This document shows, piece after piece, positions 12,401 to 25,885 of a DNA stretch of 64,000 nt. The notes beneath the pieces are model-generated. The model ran no database searches and was not told the origin of the DNA. It worked only from the letters and a program-made list of their open reading frames with translations. The DNA lies in assembly GCA_038087875.1 (NCBI GenBank), contig CM075977.1, forward strand, positions 111,786,001 to 111,850,000. The letters are read 5' to 3'. Made by a program: the position numbers and the translations under genes. The DNA comes from Malacoraja senta (Eukaryota). Within the stretch, counting starts at the first letter, position 1, and every line of letters starts with the position of its first letter.

Positions 12401-13757
12401 TGAAGTCTGTTTTGATGAAGCACGTTTCCGATGAATATTATTATTACCAAATCGTGGCATCAATTGGAGTGCCCGGTATGTCACTTGAAGGTTGAATGTG
12501 AGATAACCGTGACGACAATTGATTGGGGAACGGCAATGTTGGAGATGAAAAGACAATAGTGTGATGACATGTGCTGCATGCTAGGCTTTACCCATGGCAT
12601 GAGGTTAGGGCAACAACCAGTTAATGATAGTTATTTTATGCTAATAATATATTTGATCGTTGGCCATTTACTGGGACTCGTCGAGAATTATTACTGCATA
12701 TTGCCAAGTGAATTAACAGTCGAAGTAAACTGAGCGAAAAAAGGCTGCATCTGGTTATACCTTGGGCCATTGCATTTCCCCCATCTATTTTTGATTCCAT
12801 TTCATCTCTCTTTTTACTGCTCTAGATGTCGTTGATTTTAACTGTGGACTATCTTGAAAGACCGGCGCATCGCGTGCAGAGAATCTCGATTGTACACCGC
12901 CCACTTCAAACGTTGCAAACCCGGGAAGCAAATGCCGATCTGAAAGGTGCACCCGATTAACACTAACTTCAGTCTTGTTATACATACAACACTTCCGTTC
13001 AAACAGTTTCTCAGTTGATTAATTCACTGTTAGGTGGAATGTTTGTTCGTTGAGCGCAGTATCAGGGATTGCCTTCAAACCAAAGGAATCTCCGTCCATG
13101 CCATTCTTTTCCACCATTTTAGGAAAGTAAGCAAAATAACAATATATATACACCCATCATTCAACTCGAAGTTCTTCTCTGCGCATAATCACCATTGCTT
13201 CTTTTTTACTCCCCTGGTGAATCTAGTGGCGATTGTGATCCTGTCCTGAGCAAAGTGCGGTCTCTCCAAATGCATCACTCGTTACCTGGTGGCTATGGCG
13301 ACGGCGAACCTCACGGTGATTATCTGCGAAGTGATTTTAAATCGGATTGCCGATCTTTATTGGTGGAACACAATCCTGTTCTACACTCTTTGTGCAGGTT
13401 TATTCACGTCCTGTCCACCTCGGCCGTAGACTGTTCCGTTTGGTTCACGGTCGCTTTCACCTTTGATAGGTTTGTTGCTATCTCCAAACAGAATGTGAGA
13501 TCCATATCCACTGCACCGACACAACTGTTGTGGTTATGGTGACCCTATGTACCTTCTTCTGTTTACAGAACTGTAAAGACTTGTCAAACACGTAGTGTCT
13601 TCACTCTTAGTTTATTGCATACATTGTAGTCGTATACACACATATTGCCCTAGCTGTTCGTGGCCCGTTACCGGAGCTAGAGAGCGAGATAGGGGTGGGA
13701 AGGTTACAATTATACTGAAGATAATGGGGAGTGGTTAGTAGTGATGAGGTCATTATG

Positions 13758-16584
13758 TTAGAGGAACATGCACGGCTCTACATCCTTCCCCTTGAAAAGG
13801 GAAACATTACAATGATGACAGTGAGACCACGACTCATACGCTAGACACAAATCCGCGCGTACATCGTCAGGAAAAAACTTGAAACATTCAAGCAAACTCC
13901 CGGTAACGTTCAGGCGGCTTGACCAGACGCCCGGAGCGGGTACGCAGCCCGCCTTCCCCCCCCCCCTCCGAAGGAAGAGCAGGTACAGGAGCAGGAGTGG
14001 CGATAGGGGATCCGAGAGGACAATGAGCAGGAGAGGGAGGACGAGGAGACCGGGGAGGAGAAACGGGCACCGCAACGGGAACGCGAGCGGGAGAGGTTTG
14101 ATGGGGGGGGGGGCAGGAGGAGCAGCGGGAGAACGGGGCACCAAGGGTCGCGAGGGCAGAGCCCTGGGCATGGGAGGAGCGGTAGGGAAAGAGGTGGCAA
14201 CCGGGGGAGCAAAAGGGGCTGCGGGAGGCGGAGCGGGCTCGTTGACCGGCAGCAAATGCTGGCGGGACCGGCGGTAGATGGTGCCCTCGTAGTCAACTAG
14301 GTAAGAGCGCGGAGAGTCTGCAAAGCCGATGACAACAGCCAGTCGGTGGTGTCCGGAGGTGGACTGCATCCGGACGACCTGGCCCTTGAAGAGGGGCTGA
14401 AGGGGACGGCATGATTTGTCGTGGGAGCGCTTCTGGACGACCTGTTTCTGGGTAATGCGCTCCTGGACAGCAGCAGGGCTGCGGACTGCGGGCTGTAGGG
14501 ATCGCTGGGAGACAGGGATAGGAGGGCGTGTGGTGCGGGACATGAGCCGCTGAGCGGGCGAGCCCATGGCATGGTCGCGACAAATATTTCGGAGATTCAG
14601 TAGAGCCAGATAAAAATCCGAATGCGATAGTCTGCAATGTTCCAGCAGCTCCTTGGCACTGCGGACGGCGTGCTCTGCAAGGCCGTTGCTCTGCGGGTAT
14701 TCAGGGCTGCTGGTGATGTGGCGAAAGTTGTAGGCGGCGGCGAAGGCGCGGAACTCAGCACTCGAGAACTGGCCCCCGTTGTCAGACTGCACAGTCGCAG
14801 GAATGCCAAAGGTCCCAAAGTGGCGTTTCAGCTTCCCGATGACCGCAGCAGAAGTGAGGGAGTGCAGACGCTCAACCTCGAACCAGCTGGAGTAGGAGTC
14901 GACAAGGACCAGGAAATGTTTGCCACGCCACTCAAATATGTCCGTAGCGACCGTCATCCACGCCAGGGCGGGGGCAGGCTGTTGCAGGAGTGGCTGGCGT
15001 TGCTGGTGGGGAGAGAGGGTATTGCAGGTTGAGCAAGCAGAGACCCTCTCCCGGATGTCCTGTGCCATGCCGGGCCAATAAAATTGGCTCTAGGCCTGGG
15101 ACAGGGTGGCATCGGCTCCGGGATGGCCGCTGTGGGCAGTTTGGAAATAGCGGTCCCGCAGTGCAGCAGGCACCACAACCTTGTGGCCCTTCACCACCAC
15201 GCCGTCCTGCAGCACAAGTTCATCCCGGACTAAGAAGTAGGGCGCAGCACCAGCCGGCAAGGGTGAGCGACGGTCAGGCCAGCCACGACGGATGACGTCT
15301 TCAAGCTGTTGCAGGGCAGGATCATTGGCAGTGTGGTGAATCAGGGACTGCATCTGCTGGGAAGGCATAAAGTTGACGTTTAGCACCATCAGGTCGGATG
15401 ACTCGTACGGGTGGCGGGCAGTAGAAGCCAGCGGTGCGCGGGACAGCGTGTCGGCCACAAACATGTCCTTGCCCTTTCGGTACACAATTTGAAACGTGAA
15501 GCGTTGGAGCTGCAGCATCATATGCTGCAAACTGGAAGAAGCCACGTGGATCGGTTTGTTCAAGATCGTGACCAGCGGCTGGTTGTCGTTTTCAATAGTG
15601 AAAGTGTTACCCAGAATGTAGTCCTTGAACTTCGAGCAGGCAAACACCACGGCAAGGAGCTCCTTCTCGATCTGAGCGTAGCGTTGCTCGGTAGGAGTCA
15701 TAGTGCGGGAGGCGTAGGAGACAGGTAGTGCAGGCGGTCGTAGATTTGCAGGCAGGCGGCACCGAGACCGAAACTTGAGGCATCGCAGGTAAGGACGATG
15801 GGGCGCTTTAAGTCGAAGAACTTCAGAGTGGGGGTGCGAACCAGCCGGGATTTTAAGTCATCGAAGGCTGCCTGATGCAGCGGGTACCAACCCAGGCAGT
15901 GTCCTTCTTGGTCAGTTCCCTCAGGGGCGCACTCAGCTCGCTGAGGTCGGAAATGAATTTCCCCAGGTAGTTCACCATGCCCAAGAAGCGCTGCAGGCTG
16001 GGCACGTTGACCGGAGCTGGCATCCCAGAGACCGCAGCTGTCTTCTGTGGGTCTGGTTTTAGACCCTCAGCCATAAAAACGTGGCCCACGTAGGTGACCT
16101 CCGGGACGCGGAAGCGGCACTTCTTGGGGTTCAGTTTGAGGTTGATCTCACGAACCCTATCCAGGACTTGGCGGAGGTGGAGGTCGTGCTCAGCGACGTC
16201 TCTCCCGTACTCCAAGATGTCATCGACGATGATAGCACACGGCAGATGGGCAAATAGCTGCTCCATGGTGCGCTGGAAAACCTCGCTAGCAGAATTGATC
16301 CCGAAAGGCATGCGGAGGAAACGGAACCTGCCGAAAGGTGTACCAAACGTGGTCAGGAAGGATGAACGTTCATCCAGCGGAATCTGCCAGAAAGAGCTCT
16401 TGGCATCGAGGACAGAGAATACAGTGGCTGGGCCAACCTTTGCAGCGACATCCTCCACCGTTCGCATGGGGTAGTGCGGGCATTTGATGGCAAGGTTTAG
16501 GTCCTTGGGGTTTATGCAGATCCGGATCTCATTCTTGTCCTTCTTGGAAGCAACGACCATGGTGGAGACCCATGGAGGGATCAC
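13758..16584 (-). CDS. Gypsy pol (RT, RNase H, integrase), broken by frameshifts and stops
   Basis: LDAKSSFWQ, RMPFGI and IVDD (RT); YAQIEKELLAVV (RH); GHPG..CSTC, SDNGGQF and PQSNGLAE (IN). Confidence 0.9.
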
Positions 16585-18010
16585 TCACCTCCTTGATGAT
16601 GCCCACGGCCACCATCTGGCGCAGAGTCGACTCCACCCTGTCCTTCATAGCAAAGGAGACGCGGTGAGCCGGGCGGACTACCGGATGGACCTCCGGGTCC
16701 ACCTCGATTCCGTACTTGCAGGATAGTTTGCCCAATACATCGTCAAAACGGTGGGGGTATTCGCACATGGGATCCATGGGGGTCTGCAGCAGGTGGATAT
16801 CGCGGTGGAAGGAAACCAAACCGAGGTCCTGGCACGCACTGGCGCCCAACAGAGTAACATTCTCAGATTCCAGCAGGAGGAAAGAGACGGGCCGAGAGGC
16901 ATTCAGAACTGTGCAGATAAGGGTTGCCTTGCCGACCGGAAATAGCATGCTCCCCCCATATGCGTGGAGGCGGGAGTCGTCAGCAATAATATTCTCACCA
17001 GATCTTATCTGCTGAAAGAGGCTTAACGACATAACATTTGCAAACGCCCCCGTGTCGACCTTGGCAGAAAAGGTCTCTCCATTCACAGTAACTCGAATTG
17101 ATGGATCAGCTATCAAAGCATGTGCACCCAAGACTGAAAAAACACGCGATTCATCATGGGTGGAGCCGTTATCAGAATCAGGGAGTTCGTCTGAAAGGTA
17201 TGCGGAGCCATAAACACTATCAGTAGCAGTCAGGTTGTGTAGACTCCTTCTCGGAGCAGGGGCAGGCTGGCCCCTGGAACGGCATACTGCAGAGAAGTGA
17301 TTAAGCTTCTTACAGAAATTACAAGTCTTACCCAGCGCAGGGCAAACATTAAATTGATGACTGACAAAGTTGCAGTTTGGGCATCGACGAGGGTTAGCCC
17401 TCGTGGGCGCGGGAGTGCTATGCTGGCGTGGTGGGCCATCGCGCCGCGGGCGTTCAGCAGTGAATGTCCTGAGCCTCAGGGGGAGATACGGAGTCGACAG
17501 CAGCAGCCATGCGAGAGGCATGCAAAGCTTCATTTAAAGTGAGGTCCGGCTTCCTCAGAAGCTCTGCCCGTAGCTTCACGTCCTGTAGACCGTGAACTAG
17601 GACATCTCTGACCATTTGGTCAGGGTTCAACGTGTCCAGGCGGCAACGCCGAGCCAGGTGATGCAACGATGCAACGAAGGTGTCGATGTGCTCCCCGGGT
17701 TTCTGGCGCCTGCTGAAAAACTTGAACCGCTCTATAATGCAATTGGTGGGAATGTCACACAGCGCGGCAAATTTATTCGTGAGACATACCGGGTCCTCTG
17801 CATGCTCACCATCGGCGTACTCGAAAGATTCAAAACGTTCCATGGCCTCCGGGCCAGCCAGGTTGAGGAGCAGATGTGCTGTAACCGCAGGGGTAGCATT
17901 AGGATGAGCGATGGCGACATAGTGCTGGAAGTCGCGCCGCAAAACAGTCCACCGGTGAACGATATCGGAGTCAAACACCAGAACGTCAGGCTTACGACAC
18001 GAGCTCGCCA
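16529..18010 (-). CDS. Gypsy gag and aspartic protease (frameshifted)
   Basis: ORFs 17454-18125 and 16529-17533 contain Cys/His zinc knuckles (CNFCKKLNHFSAVC) and the protease motif KVDTGA. Confidence 0.85.
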
Positions 18011-19185
18011 TAGTACATAAAGGGTATGAAAGGAAAATAAAAACTTGGAGAAAACAAAACAAACCCCCATTGACAGGAGACGCAGGGTTCAACTTTATGA
18101 CACCATGTAAAGACTTGTCAAACACGTAGTGTCTTCACTCTTAGTTTATTGCATACATTGTAGTCGTGTACACACATATTGCCCTAGCTGTTCGTGGTCC
18201 GTTACCGGAGCTAGAGAGCGAGCTAGGGGTGGGAAGGTTACAATTATACTGAAGATAATGGGGAGTGGTTAGTAATGGTGAGGTCATTATGTTAAAGGAA
18301 CATGCACGGCTCTACAAGAACGACCCCCGGCATTTCGCTTATAATTCTTTCCACAAGCATAATGGTTTACTGGGCGGCTGCGGAATCCGATCGGACTTCT
18401 ATTTCCTACCCGCATCGATCGCATTTTCTTGGACCGAGCCGCTGTTGACCCCCCAGTGATTCCATTCCGTTTGATTTTGTTCTTTAATGCGCACACGGCG
18501 AGACGTATTTTAATGGCCAATCGGGTCCGCAGGAGGCTCCGCGACCTCAGTCGTGGAGACCCGGAGACGGAAAGCCGAAAACGGTCCATAATATTACTCT
18601 TTGCAGTTTCCAGCAGCTTTATCCACCTCCTACAGGGTCACAACTGTATCTTATTTTGTTACCTATCGATGTGTCAACGGATATTGGATGAGAGGTTTCA
18701 ATAACCCATTTGCAACATTAAAAAAACTGGAGTTCTGCTGCGGCTGCTGAACACCTGTACAAACACACTGATTTACCCCATCACCCAGGGGAAGTTCAGA
18801 GAGCAGCTCCTTTAGGCACTTCAATGCCCCGTCGCGCTATCAGGAAAGTTTGTGAAACTTAAAAATCCAGCTTAAAATGACATCACGAAACAAGTCTTCC
18901 CGAGTGTGACTGTATGGATCGCTGAAGAGGGAGCAATGAACGAAAATCTCACCTATGTTTCCAAAACTGCACATGTCTGCGTGGAGGCGGTTTTCCCCAC
19001 GCCTCCCAAGACCCACCATCTGCCCTTTGAAATGAACACCGCCCGTTTCCCTATTGCTCAACGTTTAAGGCTGTCAAGGGGAACACGATGTTAACTTCTA
19101 CTGTAGCGGACCTCCGGTATCTCCGCATTTACAACATTCATCAACATCTCTGATTTGCTTCCAATCCAGCGGCCACACCATTAGG

Positions 19186-20240
19186 TAGGTATGTTACAAA
19201 ACATACCTTCAGCGGCGCTGCAGTTCTGCCACTGGCCGTGTGCGCGACTTTGGCGCCTTTGAGGGGGGGGGGTGTGGGGGCGTGATTAAAATGCCGTTTT
19301 CTCCTGCCTGTCCGAGATATATTTTCTCGGGCTTCTACCTGATGCTGAATAATCGTTCCGACTGCCGTTCTCGGAATTTTTTTTAACCGCGGTACAATTA
19401 ATGGCTGGAGTAAAATAAAAAAGCGACTTCTAACGCCGTCAACGCCGACACGGGACGGATGTCACGTACGGGACAAAACATAAGCTAAGTCGTTTATTTT
19501 ACACATAAACTTGCTTCTTAGGATTACTTTAATCAAAATTTCATCGGCGAAAATGTCATTATGTAAATATACGAACCGGCAGTGTTTTTCCTGCCGTTAT
19601 GGGGTTTAAATTCACCGCAAACCGCAACGTTCCAATCGATTGCGTTCCACAAAAACCCACTCGCAATATGATTAAAATGCATTAATTTACGGGAATTAAA
19701 CACTAAATTCCTTCTATTTGGCCTATAAATTCATGACAAAGAGATTTAAAAATCATGTTATATTGTGAATTATTGTGTGAATGTTATTTGGACACTTAGG
19801 CTATTTAAAAATGTTAACATTTTCTTAAGAAATGTATAGATATTTGGATCTAGTAATTGAATTTTGTAATTAGCTACAATTAGGTAACTAACTAATTATA
19901 TTCTTTGATTTCAGGTCATCGAAGTAAGATTGTTCCATATTTGTTTCAGAATGCTTCAATCTATAGTAACTGAAAATTTCATTCAGTTCTCTTAATTTTT
20001 AAGAAATTTATGGCCTTTTGACTGTCCTCGATCACAGCTTTTGAGTTAAGTCAATGGAAAAGCAATAGGGAACTCTGCTAATACTCTGCTAATTTCAGAG
20101 TATGACAATGGCCATAATTTTTTTAATACTGAAGATATTAAAGTGAATAAGGTGTCAAATCAACCTTCTTTTTCTGCTTTATCTGATGGGATAAATTGCA
20201 GACTTGATTTTTTAAATCTCAAAATTTCGTAACATTGCTA
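19186..20240. mobile_element. Non-autonomous TIR DNA transposon with 7-bp TSD
   Basis: Imperfect TIRs TAGGTATGTTACAAAA / TAGCAATGTTACGAAA. TSD CATTAGG at 19179-85 and 20241-47. The empty site is present in the paralog at ~42325. Confidence 0.85.
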
Positions 20241-20619
20241 CATTAGGCCCTCAATGGCCAAACCTTTCAAATTCAGACCCCGAACCATTCCACGTCTTTC
20301 TCACTTCTCTTCTTTGAAGCACTCCGCGATTACTCAAGTTCGTTCCCAAGTCAAACATTTATGACATTAAAATAGAGTGCGTCTCCATCATTCCAGCTAC
20401 AACATTTAACTTAACCAGAGTTTAGTTGTATTCTTGTTTCTCCTTTTCAACGGAAAGCTTTATTCTCATTTAGAGGTGCTTTCGGATTGCATTAAATTAA
20501 TAAACTAAGCAGCAGATTGATATAATGAGAATTGCTGATGTTCATACAATATGGCGTAACGACATTATATATATTTTTAGAGCAAGGATATATTAACAGA
20601 CTACGGTACAGACCGCGGT

Positions 20620-20830
20620 AAAGTACATATATTTGCTTGGGTGTGGTGTCTATCCTACAGACTAGGAACAATTTACTGAAGCCAACAACTAACCAGCAAA
20701 CCGGAGTGCCCGGAAATAACCCACGCGATCAAAGGGAGAGCGTACAAATTCCGTGCAGACGGCACGCGTTTTGAGGTTCGAACTCGGGTCTCATGCACTG
20801 CAAGGCAGCAACTCTATCGCTGCGCCACTG
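20620..20830 (-). mobile_element. tRNA-derived SINE
   Basis: The minus strand starts GTGGCGCAGCGATAGAG..GAGTTCGAACC (A/B boxes). Absent from the paralog at ~42720. Confidence 0.7.
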
Positions 20831-21502
20831 TTCCGCCCCTTCTTCAAAATTATTTTCATAACTCCATTTAACAATAAACTTTCTGCAATGTGCGGGTTAA
20901 ATTTCAATGTAACTTGCGATGCCTTGTGCAGTAGAGCTGAGGGTTTGTACACCTAAATGCCCCATCTCTCAGGCGGAGATAGGCTCCGCTATCCCCTTTC
21001 TGCTGATGGATATTGTCTAGTTATATAACCCATTCATCAAATATTTTACAATATCACTCGTCAAATCTGATCATTCAAATTCAGGATCCAAATCTGGAGC
21101 AGATTGACGAAACCTGACAGAGCCTCACGTCATTCGCATAACAGCTGGAAGAAAATTACACGAGGTTCTGTGAGGTATTGTCAGCCTTTTGCCAGTGACA
21201 CAGGACAAGTTAACTTCCAAGAGTCAAGGTTGTTTTATTATCCTCTGTTCGAAAATGGAACAATGAAAATCTTGCTCGTAGCAGCACAAAAGATAAGTAA
21301 ATAACGTAATCTGCAAAAACCACAATATTAAACATTGCCCACCAATTGTATAGTGTTCGGAATTTATTTATCTGTAATTTTGTTTAACAGCCCGATAGTT
21401 GTTTGAAAGAAACAGCTCCTAAACCTTTAGCAGTTGAAGTTTTCAATGTCCCGATGGCAGGAGTGAAATGAGAATCTTGTGGTGTGTGTCTTTGATGGTG
21501 AT

Positions 21503-24500
21503 TGTAGCGGCAGATTATTATATAGTTCAAGAGATTACTCCCTCTAGCCACTTAAGAGACAACATGGCTTTCGGGGAATGTTGTTATTACGCATGTGAGC
21601 TTTCCCTGAGACTTTCAGAGCTTCTCTGGAGATAAATCTTCATAACATACTTTTGATTAATAGTTTCTTTATTGTCGAAGAAAAAAGTAAGATATTCATC
21701 CAACCTTCTCATCTGACTCGTACACTTTAATCTTTGTCCAACTGCAGCATAAGCTTTGGAAAACTCCTCTTGTCTCGTCAAAACTCCACATGGTCAAAGT
21801 GTTTTTCTTCCAGCCAGGACGAGCCCTAAAACTAAACCGACAAAACTAAGCTTCTGCGCAAGAGTACCCAGCAGCAAACACGCCACTGACTACATAATAA
21901 ATCCCACCCACATATTCACGGGCAGACTAAAATTTAAAGGCAAATGCCATAATTAATGACACACAAAATAAAGCCAAGTGGCCACTACATACCGGCACCT
22001 AATTGTTCGAGTATATAAACGAGGCAATTATTAATTACCATCAAAAAGTAGCCATGAAGGCTTAACAAATATCAAAAGCAAAAAATAGCATGCATTATAT
22101 ATCCGCATTCAAAATTCTTCTGCGACTCTTCCATCTTCACATTCGCCTTCTAGAAGCAAGCAGAACTTGATTATTGGTCTTTACAAAACATTGTTTGTAG
22201 TTTAAAGTCGTACCGTTTGCACCAAATCATTAACATCAGGCATTATACCCAGTGTATAGTCCAAAACACAAAAGTCCAACGTTTTGATAGCATGAAACTT
22301 CTTCCTCCATGTCCGAGCAACTCATGGATGTGTTGTGGGAATAACAGACTTTTTAGCAATAATGTTCACTGTTAGGTTCAGTTTCATTTCCAGAATATTA
22401 GCAGAGATTTCAAATCCCAGCTCAAGCTTTGGCCATTCTCTGTCTGGCTTACAGAGAGACTCTAGTTCATTGATCCATGTCTTATCGCTTAAGAAGCATT
22501 TCGCTGTCAGTTCTCTAGAAACTTCATCCACAGGATTTTCTTTTGTGTTAACATATTTCAATTGTGCAACATTAGTAACTACCAATTCTCTTTCCAATGG
22601 CAATTTGTCTTTGTCCAAATCCAATTCTCTGGTATCTTTGGCTCGATGATCTGGTGGAATGCTTTCCAATACATCACAATTGTTACTGATCCACTTGAAA
22701 CGCGTGAATCCTCCATTATTGCAGAGGGAAATCAGATGTTTTACCATTTGAATCGCTTCCTGCTCAGTAGACATGGATTTTAAGCAACCATCCACGTAGA
22801 GATTATTTTTCAAAGTGATTATTACTTCTTGACATTTAGTATTCTTGCCGAACATGCCTTTCAAATTCTGGGTGCGTTGCTCTGCCATAGGACGATTATC
22901 CGGTAGACTAACACTTTCTTGTTTGAAAGGTAAGTCCAGACAATAGTGTCCGTCAATCTTTACTGAGTAGTTCATAATATCCACGAACTTTAACTCTTCT
23001 CTAGTCATTTCCTCAGATTCCTTAATGGTACTTTCATTGAAGTCATGATTGTATTGCATCATCACCAGCTTTTCTAATTTATCAGTAGATATTTGACTAA
23101 TAGCAATGGCAGGGTAGTTCTTCTTGCTCCCATTTTCGTTGTTCCTTCTCAAGGAGCCATAGATAACCAATCCAAGCCTATTTTTCTCAGCATACGGTCC
23201 ATACCTTGGCTGCTCAAAATCTGTATAGGTCCCTATGCCTTCAAAACATTCGTTCCGATAAGTAGGTCAACACTAGAATTTATTTTAGATATTTTGACAT
23301 CCTTCAGGTAAGGCCATTTCATTCAAGTCTTCATATCTGGGTATATTTTAAGTACCAACAGGCATGGTTTCATGTGTAAGCACTTCAGATGTTGGTATAA
23401 AATTATCTTCATCCAGACTGGATATTTCCATACGTAATGCAATGACATGCTCTCATTATCTTCATTCATTCCACCTTTCGTTTCCACAGGTATTATCGTG
23501 GTAGCAAAACTGCTTCTCTTAGGTCCTGATCTTTCTTCAGTTTTGGTAAAGGAAGAACCTTTATCAGTTGCAATTGGTTTATGATCTTCAATAGTCATCT
23601 GGTGTAGCTCTAACGTTCCGTACTTGCTTTTCCGAGAAAACCACCATTTCTGGTAGCATGGCTACTCGCTTCCTCTCATCCAATATTTGACCTGCTTCAT
23701 CTCTCCACTTTTCTCTCTGTCTTCTGGGCAGCTTACTAATGATGACTCTAGTATTACTTGCAAAGTTAATTTCCTCCATGTGGCCGAGATTTTTGATCGA
23801 TCTGCAACTCCTCTAAGAAATATTGCATAATCACTCAATGCCTCCCCATCTTCTGGCTTGATTTCGTTCCAAGCAGGGGCCTTCTCCATGTATGCGTTAG
23901 CAATCCTCTGTTCATTACCAAAACGTTATTTAAGTAACCTTCTTGTCACTCTGTAGCCTTGGCTGTCCGGCTCATTTTGGCAACTTTCTACAAGTACCTT
24001 AACACTTCCGCTTGTGTACTTCACCAAAAATCATAAGCGCTCCTTTTCATCCATAAATTTCGTTTCTAATACTTCTTATAATGCACTTAGGAAAGTTTTA
24101 TACCGCAAAGCATCTCCATCCTATGTAAGAATTTCTACTGGTGAGAGAAAGAGAGAGTGATTTTGTGGTCTCAGCTTGACTATTCACCAATGCCAATAAT
24201 CCATCCTGATAACCTTGGCTTGGCGCCAATGGACGATAGACAGGCGTACAGGAAAGCTCATAATGGCTTGCTCGAGCATGTTTCTCAAGTCTCGGAAAAC
24301 CATAGTCCGCTATTGGTTTGTCGCGAGTTTCTCCAGTGGCCCCATAAGTATTTTGTTTCGGTGGAGCACCCATTTCCTGAGATGAAGTTTTACCGGCCCT
24401 ATATTGCCCCAATGGCTGTTCAAAGTCGTGAATTCCGGTGGACCTCGATTGTGGAGTTGATCCAACTGACTCACTTGGAGCAGTTTTTCCTCTCAAACCA

Positions 24501-25885
24501 GAGTTCATTGTCTTCGATGCTCTAGAGCTGCATCTTGAACCCTCACTTTCCAATATCTCCTTCTTTAATTTGACCATCGCCATCTTTGTGTCTAGTTGCA
24601 GCTGTTTTTTTCGTCGCCTCATCTCTTCATTCATCTATTCTTCTTGTCACCTCATCTCTGCTCCTTGTTGCATCATCTCTTTCTTTTGTCGCTCCTCTCT
24701 GCTCCTTGTTGTGTCCTCTCTTCTTTCTTTTGCTCAATCTCATGTTTCTTATTTAAGGCAATCGCTTCTATTGAGAGAGCGCCTAGATCAGCTTCAACTC
24801 GCAATCGAGCAGAAGCCCTCGATGCCGAGATACTATCGCGGGGTGCAATCTCTTCCAATTCAACACCTTGTTGCATCGCACATCGAGCTATTAAGCACGT
24901 AAATTGAGATAATTTCAGATAACCACTCCTCCGCCGCCTCCATGAAACCATTGAATATCTTCACCCTTGCTTCCCACCACTGGGTGTCTCCTTCGCGTTC
25001 TTCCCGACGTGTCTGTGAATGCAGCAGCACATCTTGATTCTCTCCAACCTCTTGGCAGAGGTTCCATTGTTTGCTCAGATTTGATTCTATTTTGATCGCG
25101 TTCTTAACTGATTCCATTAGTTTCTTCTGTTTCTCAATTTATTTGGTAACCTGTTCCCATAACTTGTTTCTCTCCTTCTAGGTTTCTTTCAGTCGGCAGC
25201 CTGGGTATTATCTGCATCTTCCCGATAAATGAGTTTTCTGCAGCTTTCAATTGACTCGTTCACTTGCTCCCATATCGACTTTCCCTCCTTCTTGGTTTCT
25301 TTCAGGTAGGCAGCTTGTCCTTGGCTGAGCTTGACTTCGCCACCTTGTGGTTCCTCTGACGCACCTATTCCTTCCTGCTCCATGGATTTAAAACATGTCT
25401 TGGCAAATTGCCAAATCTTTAAATTGGACGAACAAGGACTTCTTCGATTTGCCTTAGTCTTGTTGATAAATATCGGGTGCTGTTTTCAAAACATTTTCTC
25501 AAGAACAATAACAAATTGGATTTTCATACAACATCCCTCAACATCTACGAAATAAATAATAACGTTAGTTCGAAAGGAATGTGTCTTATCGTGTCCAAAA
25601 CAACTCAAGGTCAGACATCTGGATTTCTCGAGAAAAAGTGAAAAAACAAGCCTGTTGGCTATCTTCCAAGCTAGCAGAACTAGCTTTCTTCGTCCACATA
25701 GAAACCGTTCGTTAAAGATTCCCAGCTTTAAAATTCAAAAGAATAATAGTCGTTCTACTATAATAACTTCAATCTTCAAATAAGTCGTGTTGCTGTCGAT
25801 AAACCTCTAGGCCAGTATCTGGCCGAGATCTATTGTCTTCGGTGCCTCTTCTGGAAACGGTCTTCCGGCCACAGAATTCTTAACC
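21503..25885 (-). mobile_element. Degenerate BEL/Pao LTR retrotransposon with 3' LTR (21503-21989); 5' LTR missing
   Basis: ORFs contain GHYCLDLPFK, NNLYVDGCLKS, GGFTRFKWISN and NPVDEVSR, plus a coiled-coil gag region. The LTR is bounded by TGTAG..CTACA and is homologous to 60335-60788. Confidence 0.85.

Larger units (their letters stand above)
9538..12413 (-). mobile_element. Probable non-autonomous Helitron with internal minisatellites (5' end uncertain)
   Basis: The minus strand ends TGGGACCC-AAA-GGGTCTCA (hairpin) CTTAGT CTAG|T, the canonical Helitron 3' end. The block is absent from the paralogous GPCR promoters at 39890 and 62945. Confidence 0.55.
13572..18316 (-). mobile_element. Full-length Gypsy/Ty3 (Mag-like) LTR retrotransposon, frameshifted
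   Basis: 211-bp LTRs TGT..ACA at 13572-13782 and 18106-18316 (6 differences counted). 5-bp TSD AGAAC; PBS TGGTGTCA (tRNA-Leu-like); PPT AAGGGGAAGGA. Domain order gag-PR-RT-RH-IN. Confidence 0.97.
12400..18875 (+). pseudogene. GPR139-like: GPR139-like GPCR pseudogene (copy 1): exon 1 12400-12475; exon 2 13218-13571 and 18322-~18875, split by Gypsy
   Basis: Exon 1 reads ..EYYYYQIVASIGVP|GTATGT. The acceptor is mutated AG>GG (13216-17) and there is a TGA stop at 13247-49, plus frameshifts. Co-linear with 39973-41980. Confidence 0.92.

Noticed and set aside
10696-12495. 599-aa His/Thr/Pro-rich ORF and the antisense Cys/Val ORFs
   Set aside because: Translations of the CA-rich array and N gaps. 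Only the last ~25 codons before 12475 are real (GPCR exon 1).
19649-19657. Perfect RSS nonamer ACAAAAACC
   Set aside because: No heptamer at 12 or 23 nt, and it lies inside a DNA transposon, so probably chance.
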